DNA from: Octopus bimaculoides
Taxonomy: Eukaryota
Length of the DNA stretch: 35,888 nt
Direction of reading: 5' to 3'
Assembly (NCBI RefSeq): GCF_001194135.2
Contig: NC_068983.1
Span: forward strand, 35,192,064-35,227,951
The first letter of the stretch is position 1. Every line of letters starts with the position of its first letter. Below, in pieces: positions 1-11,900 of this stretch. The notes beneath the pieces were generated by a model. The model made no database searches, was not told the origin of the DNA, and worked only from the letters and a program-made list of their open reading frames with translations. A program made the position numbers and the translations under genes.

Positions 1-10
1 TTAACAAATT

Positions 11-505
11 TATACTCATTCCGATCGCGGGGCCTCGACAAAATCCCGAGTCGTTATTTTTCGTCACTACCTCCCGTTCCGGGAGTGGGTAATTTGCGCC
101 CTGCTGCCTTCCTGAGATGTGGTAGCCGTTTCGCATGCTCCCTCTCCGAAATCGAACGCTGATTCCCTGTTACTTCTTGCCACCACGGACGGCACTTACC
201 GGGCCGTCGACAGTTGATAGGGCGGACTCGCGGGAAGGCTAGTCAATACTAGCCCGTGCGATCGTACTGACAGTTATCCAGAGTCACCAAAAATTGAAGG
301 GCGTGAAGCCGCCGCACGCCTCGACCCGCGTGCGGAGCGCGGCGGCTGCTGCGACGGCCCGTACGCGTCGGTCTTAGTCTAATATTTGCGCCGCGACCAA
401 TGTGGAAGGCCGACCGTATCGTCATAACCGGTGAGTGGGGTGCGTGGTTGCGCAGCCCTGGACCGGCCGAGCGGGCGCCGGCGACGCCGCGCGCGCGAAC
501 AGCCA
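11..505 (-). rRNA. 18S: 18S rRNA fragment (roughly V2-V3 region), dispersed copy, probable pseudogene
   Basis: The reverse complement carries conserved SSU motifs (GGTAGTGACGAAAAATAAC, AAATTACCCACTCCCG, AACGGCTACCACATC, GCCCTATCAAC, GGTGACTCTGGATAAC). A 1-nt deletion falls in the conserved GCAGCAGGCGCGC motif. The GC-rich tract ends abruptly in AT-rich DNA at about 505. Confidence 0.85.
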
Positions 506-734
506 GAGCAAATAATAAGAATATGAAAATAATAGTTGAAAAATAAAGTTATAGGTATAGATATAGCATAACAAATATTAAAAAAATGGAGAAGAAAAAG
601 ATGTTGAATCAAAATTAGATTTAATACAAAATTAGACTCAATACATTCGCACGTCTCAAAAGACAATACAAATATGTAAGAGAAAAATTATAATCACAGT
701 AATTATAATTTCCTTGAGCAAGACTCTTTATTTT

Positions 735-950
735 ACGTTGCTCCTGTCCACTCAGCTGGCAAAAATGAGTAGTATCTGTATTTCATAGGGCCGGCCTTAT
801 CTCACTGTGTGCCACGCTGAATCTCCCTGAGAACTACGTTAAGAGCACACATGTCTTTGGAGTACTCAGCCAGTTGCACGTTAATTTTACGAGCAAGCTG
901 TTCCGCTGACAGTATCAGCTGGGACCCTCGTCGTTGTTATTGACGGAGTG
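735..950 (+). mobile_element. SINE-like repeat, 3' portion
   Basis: Resembles an abundant octopus SINE body/tail as I recall it (cacgttaattttacgagcaagctgttccg...gacggagtg) and ends at a (TA)n tract. Recognised from memory, not searched. Confidence 0.45.
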
Positions 951-954
951 GTCT

Positions 955-982
955 TTATATATATATATATATATATATATAT
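955..982. repeat. (TA)n microsatellite running into assembly gap 983-1080
   Basis: Direct reading of the sequence. Confidence 0.95.
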
Positions 983-1169
983 NNNNNNNNNNNNNNNNNN
1001 NNNNNNNNNNNNNNNNNNNNNNNNNNNNNNNNNNNNNNNNNNNNNNNNNNNNNNNNNNNNNNNNNNNNNNNNNNNNNNNNAAAGGTAAGACAACAAAAGA
1101 AAGAAAAGAGACCTCGATATTGTGTAAATAGAGGAATTTATCTGTAAATAATATGTGACAATTATTCAG

Positions 1170-1244
1170 TAGCCATGATAAAACTCCGAGTTTCGGATGT
1201 CGGGGCGGAAACCCACGCCACCATCTCTTCAGTTATCTGGCCAT
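1170..1244 (-). ncRNA. Type I hammerhead ribozyme motif with intact core
   Basis: The minus strand reads GAUAA-CUGAAGA-[stem II GAUG/CAUC with inner GGCG/CGCC]-C-GAAA-CUCGGAG-U-U-UUAUC. Stem I has 5 bp plus 6 bp beyond a bulge. The GUU triplet puts the predicted cut between 1182 and 1181. Confidence 0.7.
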
Positions 1245-2026
1245 CGAAGATTGCTATGAAAATGACCGTTAAAACAAAGGGAAATAACTGTGTGATTGAC
1301 CGTTATTAAGACAAAAGAGCTATTAGAATGACCTCTAAGTGAGGGGGGGGAGTAAAGGTAAGGGAGTAAAAATGTCCATAGTATTCGCGTAAGTGCACCA
1401 ATCCGTACTTACACATGCGCGCCCGCACACCCACGTACATGCGCCTGTATGTATATATTCATCCACCCTCACTCGAAACACACACATGCTCACCCACACA
1501 TTCGCCAAAAATTATATACATACCCGCACACACGCTCGCACACACGCGCGCGCGCGCGGGCACAAAAGGGTTCATGCACACGTCTATATACGTACATGCA
1601 CAACAAAAAACAGGGCTAAATGCAAAATACAGAAAAAAGTGTAAAAAAAAAGGTGTAAAAAAGCAATAAGAGTAAAACAGGTCTATATACGCACATACTC
1701 GCATGCGCGCACACACACACACGTCTATATACGCACATACCCGCACACACGCACACATTCACAACGCGCACAAAATGTTTCATATACACGTTTATATACG
1801 TGCGTCTATATACGCGCGTCTATATACACACAGGGTGGAAGGTAGAATACAGAAAAAAATATGTGTAAAAAAATATATGGGCTATAAACCTATAAAGCAA
1901 TATCTCTATAAAAATGTAAAAAATATTAAAAATATATAAGAAATATAAGTAAAAAGTATAGAGAGATAAAAAGCTTGTACGTGGACACAATATAGAAAGC
2001 AAATCCTATCTGTAATCTCGGGGGGA

Positions 2027-2476
2027 CTAAAAACGTAACAAATATTTAGCCACATGTGGACATAATCCGAAAAGTTCAGTTCTTGAATTTAGACATGTGG
2101 CGGGGTCTAAGCTGCTTTTCCAGATGAGCCATCTTTCTATATCACAAAAACCACACGTTCCGCTGCCGTTGCTGCAGGGCTTACACTTGGCTAAGATCTT
2201 CCAATGGATGTTGTAACTGACACCTTTATCGTTTAAGGACCATATATGACTGGATAATTTGGTCGTTTTCCTTTTATCCCAGTGCTTGAGGCTCAAGGTG
2301 TGATTATTGAACCTGGCCTTGAAATTACCCTCTGTAAGGCCCACACATTTCTTCATCGAAACTGTATCCTTAGTGGATATAGAGTCCATGGTGGCTTCAT
2401 AAATGATGGTCTCCGACATGCAAGCTCTATTTAGCGGGCACAAATTTTTTATCCCTGCACTAACAACTGGTTTCAT
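2027..2476 (-). pseudogene. GIY-YIG (Uri) endonuclease domain of a Penelope-like element
   Basis: 149-aa ORF with IIY..-VG (GIY-YIG variant), RFNNH, a CxxC motif and LNxR motifs typical of PLE endonucleases. Confidence 0.85.
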
Positions 2477-2841
2477 ATTGTGGTTTGTGTGTGTTGTGTG
2501 CGATTATATTTTTAAAATTAGTAGTTGGGCTGAAACTGATTTTTAAGTTATGTCTATTGAAGAGCTTTCTGTAACTCTGGTTGACTGGAAAATGTCTATC
2601 TATCAGTGCTAAGAAATACTTGCTTATATTAAAGGTCACTTCGGGTGAGTAGAGGGGTGTGAACCAGATAGTTTTCTTATTCTTGTTTCCTTTTCTTTAT
2701 TATTGGACTGGTGGCAGGTATACATAAACATATTTACCTATGTATGTATGTATAGACATGCAGATCAACAAACTAACTGATCGATTGAATGTTAACTCCG
2801 AATAATATTATTTATATTGTCTTTCATTTTTCATTTAAAAG

Positions 2842-2955
2842 GCTGTGGTGAAAATTGGTATACTTGTAAATACAATAATACATGCTACCCTTACACTGAA
2901 AAATGTGATGGAATAAAAAATTGTCCCAATGGAGAAGATGAAAATGGTTGTGGTA
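2842..2955 (+). CDS. Exon: LDL receptor class A repeat 1
   Basis: [36 protein letters not shown] with six Cys; acceptor ...aaag, donor GTAAGT at 2956; phase 1-1. Confidence 0.9.
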
Positions 2956-5900
2956 GTAAGTTTGATTTATATTTATATTTCTGCGAATATAATTCTTTAT
3001 AATTAACATTTATTCCATAATTTTTGTTGCGGTAGTAGTTACAATTTAACAAAGAAAAATAAATTTTGTTAAACGCTTCATAAAATGTTAACTTCATTAT
3101 TGTTATGATTATCATGATCTTCATCATTTTGTTCACTACCAACCCCGCCATTACTACCATCGCTTTCATTACCACCATCATCATCATTATTGCCATTACC
3201 ACCCAGGTGTACAGAAATATATTTGAAAACACTGCTACAATGCAGCCTATTCGATCTAACGGTTCCGTTTTAGAGTTAATAATATGATTCTTAGATAGGC
3301 AGAGATTTATATGGAACAGTGGATCTGCAGGTCATATCTATTGATTTGGCTGATTACCTGCATACGCAAACGTGAGGTCAGTCAAAACTAACGCAAGTAA
3401 TAACCGATAACATCAAACGGTTTGGCATGATTGTCAGTATCATTTAGTATCTGTTGTTTTATGCTAGTATGGATTGAAAAGGTTTGCTGTAGCACTAAGA
3501 ATTTCCTTTCTTAATATTGGTTTCAAATTCCGCCGTGGTCGACTTTGCCTTTCTTTCTTTCGGTGTCGATAAATTAAGTACCATTTGCGTACTAGGGTCG
3601 ATCAAATCGACTGCCCCCTCCCCCAAATTTTCGGGCCTTGTGCCTAGAGTAAAAAAGAATATTGATTTGGCACAATGCCAGCCATTTCGGCGTCGGGATA
3701 AGTCGATTCAAATGATACTTGTTTCATCGACTCCGAAAGAATGAAAAAGAAAATATACGTCGGCGGAGTTAGAACTTAGACCGTAAAAACGAAATGCTGC
3801 CAAGCATTTTTCTCGGTATGCCAACGATTCTTCCAGTCCGCTTCCTGTCCCCTTCTCAATATTAACGCACTCATCATATATTACCTGTCACTATATAGTG
3901 TTAGTTTAGTCTATATGTATATAAAAAATCACATTATATAACATTGCCAGAGTAACCAACCTGTATACACGAGCTGATACTTTTAATTCCTACTTTCTTA
4001 GTTTCATCGATTTTATCCTTCACACAAATTAACATTGCAACATATCTCTCTCGAGCCTTCAAAGATCTTCCGCATCGGTGACCTTACTTCAACGCTATGT
4101 TATCATTGCATTTCATGCACGAGCGAGAAGTACTTTGTTCCTATATGAAATTGTATGACAATTCTCTGACTCGTTCCATCTCACTTTCTTTCTTTCTTTC
4201 TTTCACACACAAGTTCACTGTCCCTCTCTCCCTCTGTCCTTCCATCACTCTGATTTAATTTCTCAACAGCAACCTAACTCTTTCATGATATTGCCTAGAT
4301 AATTAGAAACAGTGATGAGATCGATGGAAGTGGCATACTGATAACAGAGTACCGCTGCAGAAAATTAACCGAGATAGAGTATGAGATAGAATAATTGAAC
4401 TTGGGCTTATCAGTGACAAACCGATATCAGCAGTTATTTCTACACACAGACACCAATTAAGGCTGAAGGGTGACAGCTTTTTTGAGGCCCATGCACAGGC
4501 TACTGCAACCATAAGTGACGGAGAACTTTTTGTCATTGCAGGAACTTTTAATGAACACGGTTGAGCAATGCAAAGATGACATTGGTGGATATGGTACAAA
4601 CAATGAGAATAATCAATGTTTTTGGAGTTTTGTTATGCAAATGACCTAAACACATACGATACAATTTCAGTCACTTGATCACTTACAAATCAGACGAAAT
4701 GACAAGTTATTTCTTTATTGTTACCAGTAAACGAATAAGTGCCCAGTACTTAGCAGAAGAAAAATTGATCAACCAACAAGGTAGTGTAAGAATTATACGG
4801 ACAAAGATTCTAAAACAAAACAATTTAGAAAAGGAATACAGGGAAGTTGAAAGATACTTCAGCTTTATGTCCAAGGAAATCCTAAATGGCATTCATGACA
4901 GAAAGGTAGAAAAGAATGTAATTTATAATACAGAGAAGACATAAGAGTTTCAATGAATGAAAATCCCGTTCAGAGCTACATTGTCGAAATGTGGCTTGTG
5001 GAATTTACCATGTGATGTAAACATCAGAAGGCTGAGGTGCTTTGAATTACTGGGTAAAACATCAGCGAGAATAAAAAATCGCTGGGCAAAAAGCGTGCAT
5101 GTAATGATAAAGGCGCGTTGCCCTTACTGACTACGAAAAGAAAAAAATGTTGAAGTGGGCGAGAGAGAAGAGGAGAATGAATGTGTGTGAGCGTGCGTGT
5201 GTGTGTCTACTGCACTTAAACTTTACCATAGCATCGTCTAATGTTAAAGGAAATAGAGTCATGGGAAACCATAGCTGCTGAGATGCTTAAATCTTGCAAA
5301 CTAAAGTACGACTTAGTCCTTAGATTAGGCAGTCAGACAATTCAGCAAGATGCCCAACCGAATGACTATTGCAGCTATCTCAGTATAAACCGATGCATCG
5401 ATCTGCAGATGACCCTAAACAGGATCCATCGCTCTGTGATTTGATGTTCGCAATGAAAGTAAAAGTATCCAAAAACTTATAAGGACCATTCAAGCATTTT
5501 ACAGCAAGTAAGGCGAGGGTCAACAAAGAGTCCAGCAATGAATTTAGTGCATAGATAGGCGTCGATTATATTTCCGAACCTATTCATTGCAGTTCTCCAA
5601 GCTTTAACAGGTCAGTTTAAGAATAAATATCGTTGGGAACTCTTATATGCTGATGATCTACTTTTTATAACAGAATATCTGTAAAGTATTTAGTGAAGAA
5701 TTTTCGGACATGTTAAAAAACCTGCCTTTGAAATAACTTGAAGTGAACTTAGCAAAGATTCAACAACTATCAGGGAAATGGCGGTAATCAGTTTGTAGAA
5801 AGTGGACACTGGAAGCATGAAAGAAGTGATAATATCAAAAGGGGGCTAATAAAGAATTTAGACATTTTATATGACAGATACACGGGGCGATAGGCAGATG

Positions 5901-8900
5901 GTAAATAAATTGCCTCAAATGCTAGGGAGGTTCTTTAGAAGTTATTTATAGTTTCTTTTACCTTATTTAATTATTCTGAAAATATATGAAAAGATGTGTT
6001 ATGGTAGTTTTTGAGAATGTCGAGGTAAAATGATCTGAGTGTAAAAATGCATATGAGAGAAACTTGTGGCAGTATACAGTTAGAAGACAATGTTTGTAGG
6101 GAAATCAAATGCATAAGATGACAACAAATAGCTAACGAATTACCACACGCTCAAAGTGAGTGGTATCTGAGAAAATGGGATAGTCGGGAAGACTTAGAAT
6201 GATGTTGTGAAGCCTGATCGTATGAGGGATATCCATTTTGTATTTGCTAAGTTTTCATCTGATATCTCTTTACTTATTCAATACTCTCTTATCTATTTCA
6301 AATTTTCTTCTTCACTGAACCATGCCACTCTTTTGTTAACGTCTATCACGCTCTTGCCATCTCGACTATTCGTCAAGAGCACTCTCTCTTACTTGTGAAT
6401 ATTTTTCCTTCTCTACTTCTAGGCAACACTATCTCCCTCCAAATCAAACATCAGTGACATCCCTCACACCCTTTCACATGTGACTCTTTTCACAACTTCC
6501 GATTGCTAACATTATGTATATATCTCTGATCAACAAATATAAACTTCAAAAAGCCACTTTCTATGCTCTCATAACTATCTCCATCATTTTACTTTTTTCT
6601 TCCATACTGTCGTCTTAATCACTATTTCCCTTTCATACTCAGCTTCTTTCTCCATTTCACCTCAGTTAATCTCTTTCAAACTCTATCTCTTCTATTAATC
6701 ACGTTGCCAGAAGCGAGCGGAAACAGCGTTAAGCAGCGAAAACTTTATTGTCTTACGGAATACAAGTAATCGTCATCACTACTGTCATCACCAAAAAATA
6801 AACTGAGTGCAACCAAATAAAGCGACTGGTGTTAGAAGGGACCTAGGCGTAAGGAAGCAAGCAAAGAAGGAGACATTTCTGCGAGATATTTCTCCTCCCT
6901 CATTGAAAAGGACAATAAACATTCTGATTTAGATTGTGCAAGCCGTTCAAGCTATGCCAGCCACCATTGAAAGAGAACGTAAAATAATGATGATGGCAAT
7001 GTTGAGGAGGAGGAGGAGGAGGANNNNNNNNNNNNNNNNNNNNNNNNNNNNNNNNNNNNNNNNNNNNNNNNNNNNNNNNNNNNNNNNNNNNNNNNNNNNN
7101 NNNNNNNNNNNNNNNNNNNNNNNNNNNNNNNNNNNNNNNNNNNNNNNNNNNNNNNNNNNNNNNNNNNNNNNNNNNNNNNNNNNNNNNNNNNNNNNNNNNN
7201 NNNNNNNNNNNNNNNNNNNNNNNNNNNNNNNNNNNNNNNNNNNNNNNNNNNNNNNNNNNNNNNNNNNNNNNNNNNNNNNNNNNNNNNNNNNNNNNNNNNN
7301 NNNNNNNNNNNNNNNNNNNNNNNNNNNNNNNNNNNNNNNNNNNNNNNNNNNNNNNNNNNNNNNNNNNNNNNNNNNNNNNNNNNNNNNNNNNNNNNNNNNN
7401 NNNNNNNNNNNNNNNNNNNNNNNNNNNNNNNNNNNNNNNNNNNNNNNNNNNNNNNNNNNNNNNNNNNNNNNNNNNNNNNNNNNNNNNNNNNNNNNNNNNN
7501 NNNNNNNNNNNNNNNNNNNNNNNNNNNNNNNNNNNNNNNNNNNNNNNNNNNNNNNNNNNNNNNNNNNNNNNNNNNNNNNNNNNNNNNNNNNNNNNNNNNN
7601 NNNNNNNNNNNNNNNNNNNNNNNNNNNNNNNNNNNNNNNNNNNNNNNNNNNNNNNNNNNNNNNNNNNNNNNNNNNNNNNNNNNNNNNNNNNNNNNNNNNN
7701 NNNNNNNNNNNNNNNNNNNNNNNNNNNNNNNNNNNNNNNNNNNNNNNNNNNNNNNNNNNNNNNNNNNNNNNNNNNNNNNNNNNNNNNNNNNNNNNNNNNN
7801 NNNNNNNNNNTGGGGAAACTAAAGATAAAACAGTGTACGTAATATTTCAATGAACCACGGAATGTATTAAAATATCATTAATTTAGTTTATTACTCTAAA
7901 GGTCTGTAATCCATTACAAAGTTAAAGAATCAATATTACCAATGTTACAATTGATATTAAGGTGTTGAGTTGGGAGAAATGGTGCTTAATTTCTTACATC
8001 TACATTTTGAGTTAGAATCACACCAGAATCAGCTTTACATGTCTGATTTCCAGTTTTATTAAAAATAGAATCAGTTTGGACTTGAGTCTAACCAAAAGAT
8101 ATCAATCAATATCCTAACAAGCATTTTGGTAAAGAGTCGGCAAAAGTGTCAGCAAATTTAATCAAATAATTAGCAGCATTTACTATCCTTATCATTTCTC
8201 ACTATTCTGAATTTAAATCATGCTAGGATAAACTGTCATTTATATTTCCAGGGTCAATAAGTGTTAGTAAAGTGATCCAACCAACTTTTAACATCACCGT
8301 TACAAAAATGATGTCATTCCTAATAAAAAGTATTCAATGTTTTAATCTGTACTCTGTCTTATTGATATAGGTAACAAACCAAAATATAAATTGACTGGTG
8401 GTCGAGATTTGTGGTCCGGAAAATTGAAAACGCTTAGTGGATCGGAATACTTGACAACATGTGCCTACTCTCTCCCTGAATGGACATTGAACACGATCTG
8501 CTCCAATTTTGGTTTCAAGTAAATAATTTATTAATTTATTACGAGTATTTTTATATTCATTTATTACAAGTATCTATATATTGATTTATTACAATACGTT
8601 TTATATTTAAACTGTTAAAAATAATAGCTGTCTAAAGTAATCTTTTCATTTTCTTTATATTACCACTCCTCTGCAGCACATATAGAATGAGACATGCACG
8701 ATCCAGCTATAAAATTGCAACGGACTGCCACTGAGTGGGTTCTAGTTTTTTTGTGGCGCCTTCTGTAGCATATTCATTGTGCGTCGCCATCTTTATCTGC
8801 TGCTTCAGGCGTTGAGAACTTTTGTACTCGGTGCCCGCTTGTTCCACTGTTGGAATTTTTGCAGATTAGTCATTTTTAGTCTGGGTCCTTGTCCTCGACC

Positions 8901-11900
8901 TTCTAAACCAGGAGTTCAGAACTTCTGGTGATATCGCCTTCAGAGGCATTGGTCCACACAAGCCTCTCCATCACAAAAAGGAGCGATAATCAGGGGGACC
9001 ATGAAAACAAGAGTGGGGGTCACTTCCTGGAAGCTTGAGGTTCACCTTAAACAAATCCATGCTTTGGAACTTTCTTCTACTCCAGTTGTCTTTTACTCCA
9101 AAACAACTCTTACAAAGCCCAAGGGCGATAGGGAATGGATGACGGGAGCATGTTTTGGAGAAACGTGAAGCTTCAGGTCCTGAACCTGCCGGCTGGGGGT
9201 GAATGTTTGATGGGCACTTTCCTAAGTTCCAGTGACTACTTAAAATTCCTGTCCTGTATTCGTGTCTGGGCTGGCCCTTTAGAAATATCGCTGCCCACCT
9301 CAATCGAGAAAGATATTATAAAAGGCAAGCTAAACGAAGTCGCCACAACTGCCCGGTTGGGAAACCACACCTGGCAGGTCAACATGTTTCGGCCATCATG
9401 TGATCGAAACAACAAGAAACTTGAGACTAAACAATATGATCTTTGGAGCATGGAATGTTAGAACTTTTCTCAACATTGACATCACTGAGTTAGTCTGAAA
9501 AGGACTGACTGGGCTCAATGTGGACATAACACCCTTAAGTAAAACACAGCTTTCAGGAGAAGGAAGAATAGAAGAAACTGGTTCTGGCTATATATTCTTT
9601 TGAGAAGGTAAGGATGAATTGGAGGGAAGAGTCTAAGGAATCGGTTTTGCTATTAAGACTTGCACCATGCAAGACCATCACATAACAACAACGAACGACA
9701 AATGACTCTTCAGTTAATACTTCCTAATGAGAGTTACATCACTTTAATTTCTGCTAATATTCCAACTATTGATTCTGATCAAGGAGTAAAGGATCAATTT
9801 TAGCAATAACTAGGTAATATCATTGTCAGTACACCACCAACGGACAAATTCTAGTTACTAGGGGATTTCACTGCAAGGGTAGGAAAGGACCGTCGCCTAT
9901 GGCAAAATGTCATCGGTAAAGAAGGCGTCGAATATTGCAAATCCAATTCCTGCTACTAGGAATGTAATTTATTCACCACGAATACTCAATTTCAACTTCC
10001 AGCTTGCTTCAAGCCCACATGGGTGCATCCTCGATCTAAACACTGGCATTAAATAGACTTTGCCATCATAAGGCAAAAAGACAAAAGAGACGTACTCGTC
10101 ACAGAATTGGGCCTTAATTCCGACGACTGCTAGATAGATCCACGCCTTGTCACTACACGCATGAGAATCACCATTCATAAAGACCAAGAATGCAACATCA
10201 ACCATCATCTCGTAGAAAATATGACATCTCAAAACTCCAGAACCGTGCCACTGTAACCACCTTTGAAACCAAAATAAGCCTGGAATTTATTTCTAATTAA
10301 GTAAACGACGAGTTATCGATGAAGAACGGGGGACCATTCGCGAAATTGTAACAGAAACAACAAACACTATCATCCTCTTCAGCAAGACCAAAAACCAGGA
10401 CTGGTTTGATGAAAACAATTATGAAATCAACAACCTGATTGAAACAAAAAGAATGTTCAATTGACTCATGAACAAGACTGAAGATCCAAACTAAAAAAGA
10501 AAAGCATTTCCTAAAGCTAAACGAGTGTGTCAAACAAAACTAAGAGAAGTGCAGAACATTTGGTGGCAACAAAAAGCAGTCGAACTTCAGGGATATGTAG
10601 GTGCACGTGATCTCAGTAATTTCTATGCCGGAAAACAATTCTTTGGACCAATACGAACATCAACTGGATCCTTTCGAGCAGCTGACAATACAAACAAGCT
10701 GACCGATTCACAAGACATACTCCTACGCTATAAGGAATATTTCTCCCCACTTCTAAATAGAAACTCGAACACAGCTGAGAAATTTCCCCAGAAACGTTCT
10801 AAACCATCCTCCTCAGCTGTGGATGAGCAGGAGGCCTATTTTTCATGAATTCAAGCAAACTATGGAGCAAGTGAGATGAAGGAAGTTTCCAGGCCCAGAT
10901 AATATCCGTTTCGAGCTGATCAAACATGGAAGTTTACCCTTGTAAACCCTCACTTCACCCTCATGCTAGAGATATGAGAATCCTAACAAGTTCCTAAAGA
11001 ATGAAAAGATGCATTTATAATAACGATCTTCAAACAAAATGATCGAAAAGCTTGTGGGAACTACAGAGGAATATCATTACTTTCCATCATTGGACACGTG
11101 TTTGCTAAGATTCTTCCAAAGCGGCTACAGACCGTAGCCGAAAAGATCATACCAGAATTTCAATGTGAATTTTGTGCCTCTCGTGGCATAGTTGATATGA
11201 TTTCCTGCGCAAGGCAGCTCCAAGAGAAAAACAGGGAACAACATAAGCCCATTTCCTTGATTTCTATGATTTAGAAGAGGCCTCTGATAACGTCCCAAGA
11301 GCTGCTATGTTTTGGATATCCTGGTCACTTTGTCTCTCTGGTTCAACAATGCATGACAATATTTCTGGACGGTATTCCACCAAACCATGCTGTCAGAAGA
11401 ATTTCTAATCATGTGCTGACTAGAACAAGGATGAGTCTTGGCACCTACGCTATTCTCCTTGTATCTGACTGCAATTCTCCACGAAGTTCCTCCAGGCAAT
11501 CCAAGAGTTGACATGAAATATCGATACGGCGGATGTTTTCTAATCTTCAGTTGACTTCGATTTACACATCTAACCAACATGCAACATATCTCAGAACTTC
11601 AATACGCTGATGACAGTGCTGTCCTCTGTTATTCGGAAAAACTCCAACAGTCATGCATACACATGTTCTCGATAATCTTTCTAATAAGATTATTTTATTA
11701 ATGACTATTTTAATGCAGAGCCAGAATCTTTCAGGTGCCTGCACTAAACGGTCCTTTATTTTAAATACTTCCTGAACAATGGTGACCCCCATTGAGATGA
11801 TGTTTATCAGTCTCCCTTTCATCAACACTTCAAATATAATAGTACATGAGATTTAAATCTGATTTATTACATTATTCTAAAGATTGTTGAACGTCCATTC

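Larger units (their letters stand above)
1081..2730 (-). mobile_element. 5'-truncated Penelope-like element: RT thumb/linker, GIY-YIG endonuclease and 3' pseudo-LTR with hammerhead
   Basis: Minus-strand translation of about 2480-2700 gives KKTIWFTPLYSPEVTFNISKYFLALIDRHFP...KLFNRHNLKISFS, the PLE linker. ORF 2027-2476 has CPLNRAC..IIYEA..CVGLTEGNFKARFNNH..LSSHIW..C..C..E..LNSRTEL. A hammerhead motif lies downstream on the same strand. Confidence 0.85.

Noticed and set aside
379-666. 95-aa minus-strand ORF with a poly-Arg stretch
   Set aside because: It spans the GC-rich 18S expansion and AT-rich flank, with no domain features.
1393-1939. His/Thr- and Val/Cys-rich ORFs and an imperfect duplicated block
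   Set aside because: These are translations of (CA)/(TA)/(CG) low-complexity DNA in the PLE 3' region.
6900-7853. Long ORFs of more than 300 aa
   Set aside because: They consist almost entirely of N-gap codons. The same applies to 22545-23670, 20850-21574 and 26417-26982.
8880-8990. Possible HDV-like ribozyme at the RTE 5' end (hairpin ccaggagttcagaacttctgg)
   Set aside because: Only a P4-like hairpin was found. I could not assemble P1, P2, P3 or a catalytic C by eye; a descriptor search on the family consensus would be needed.
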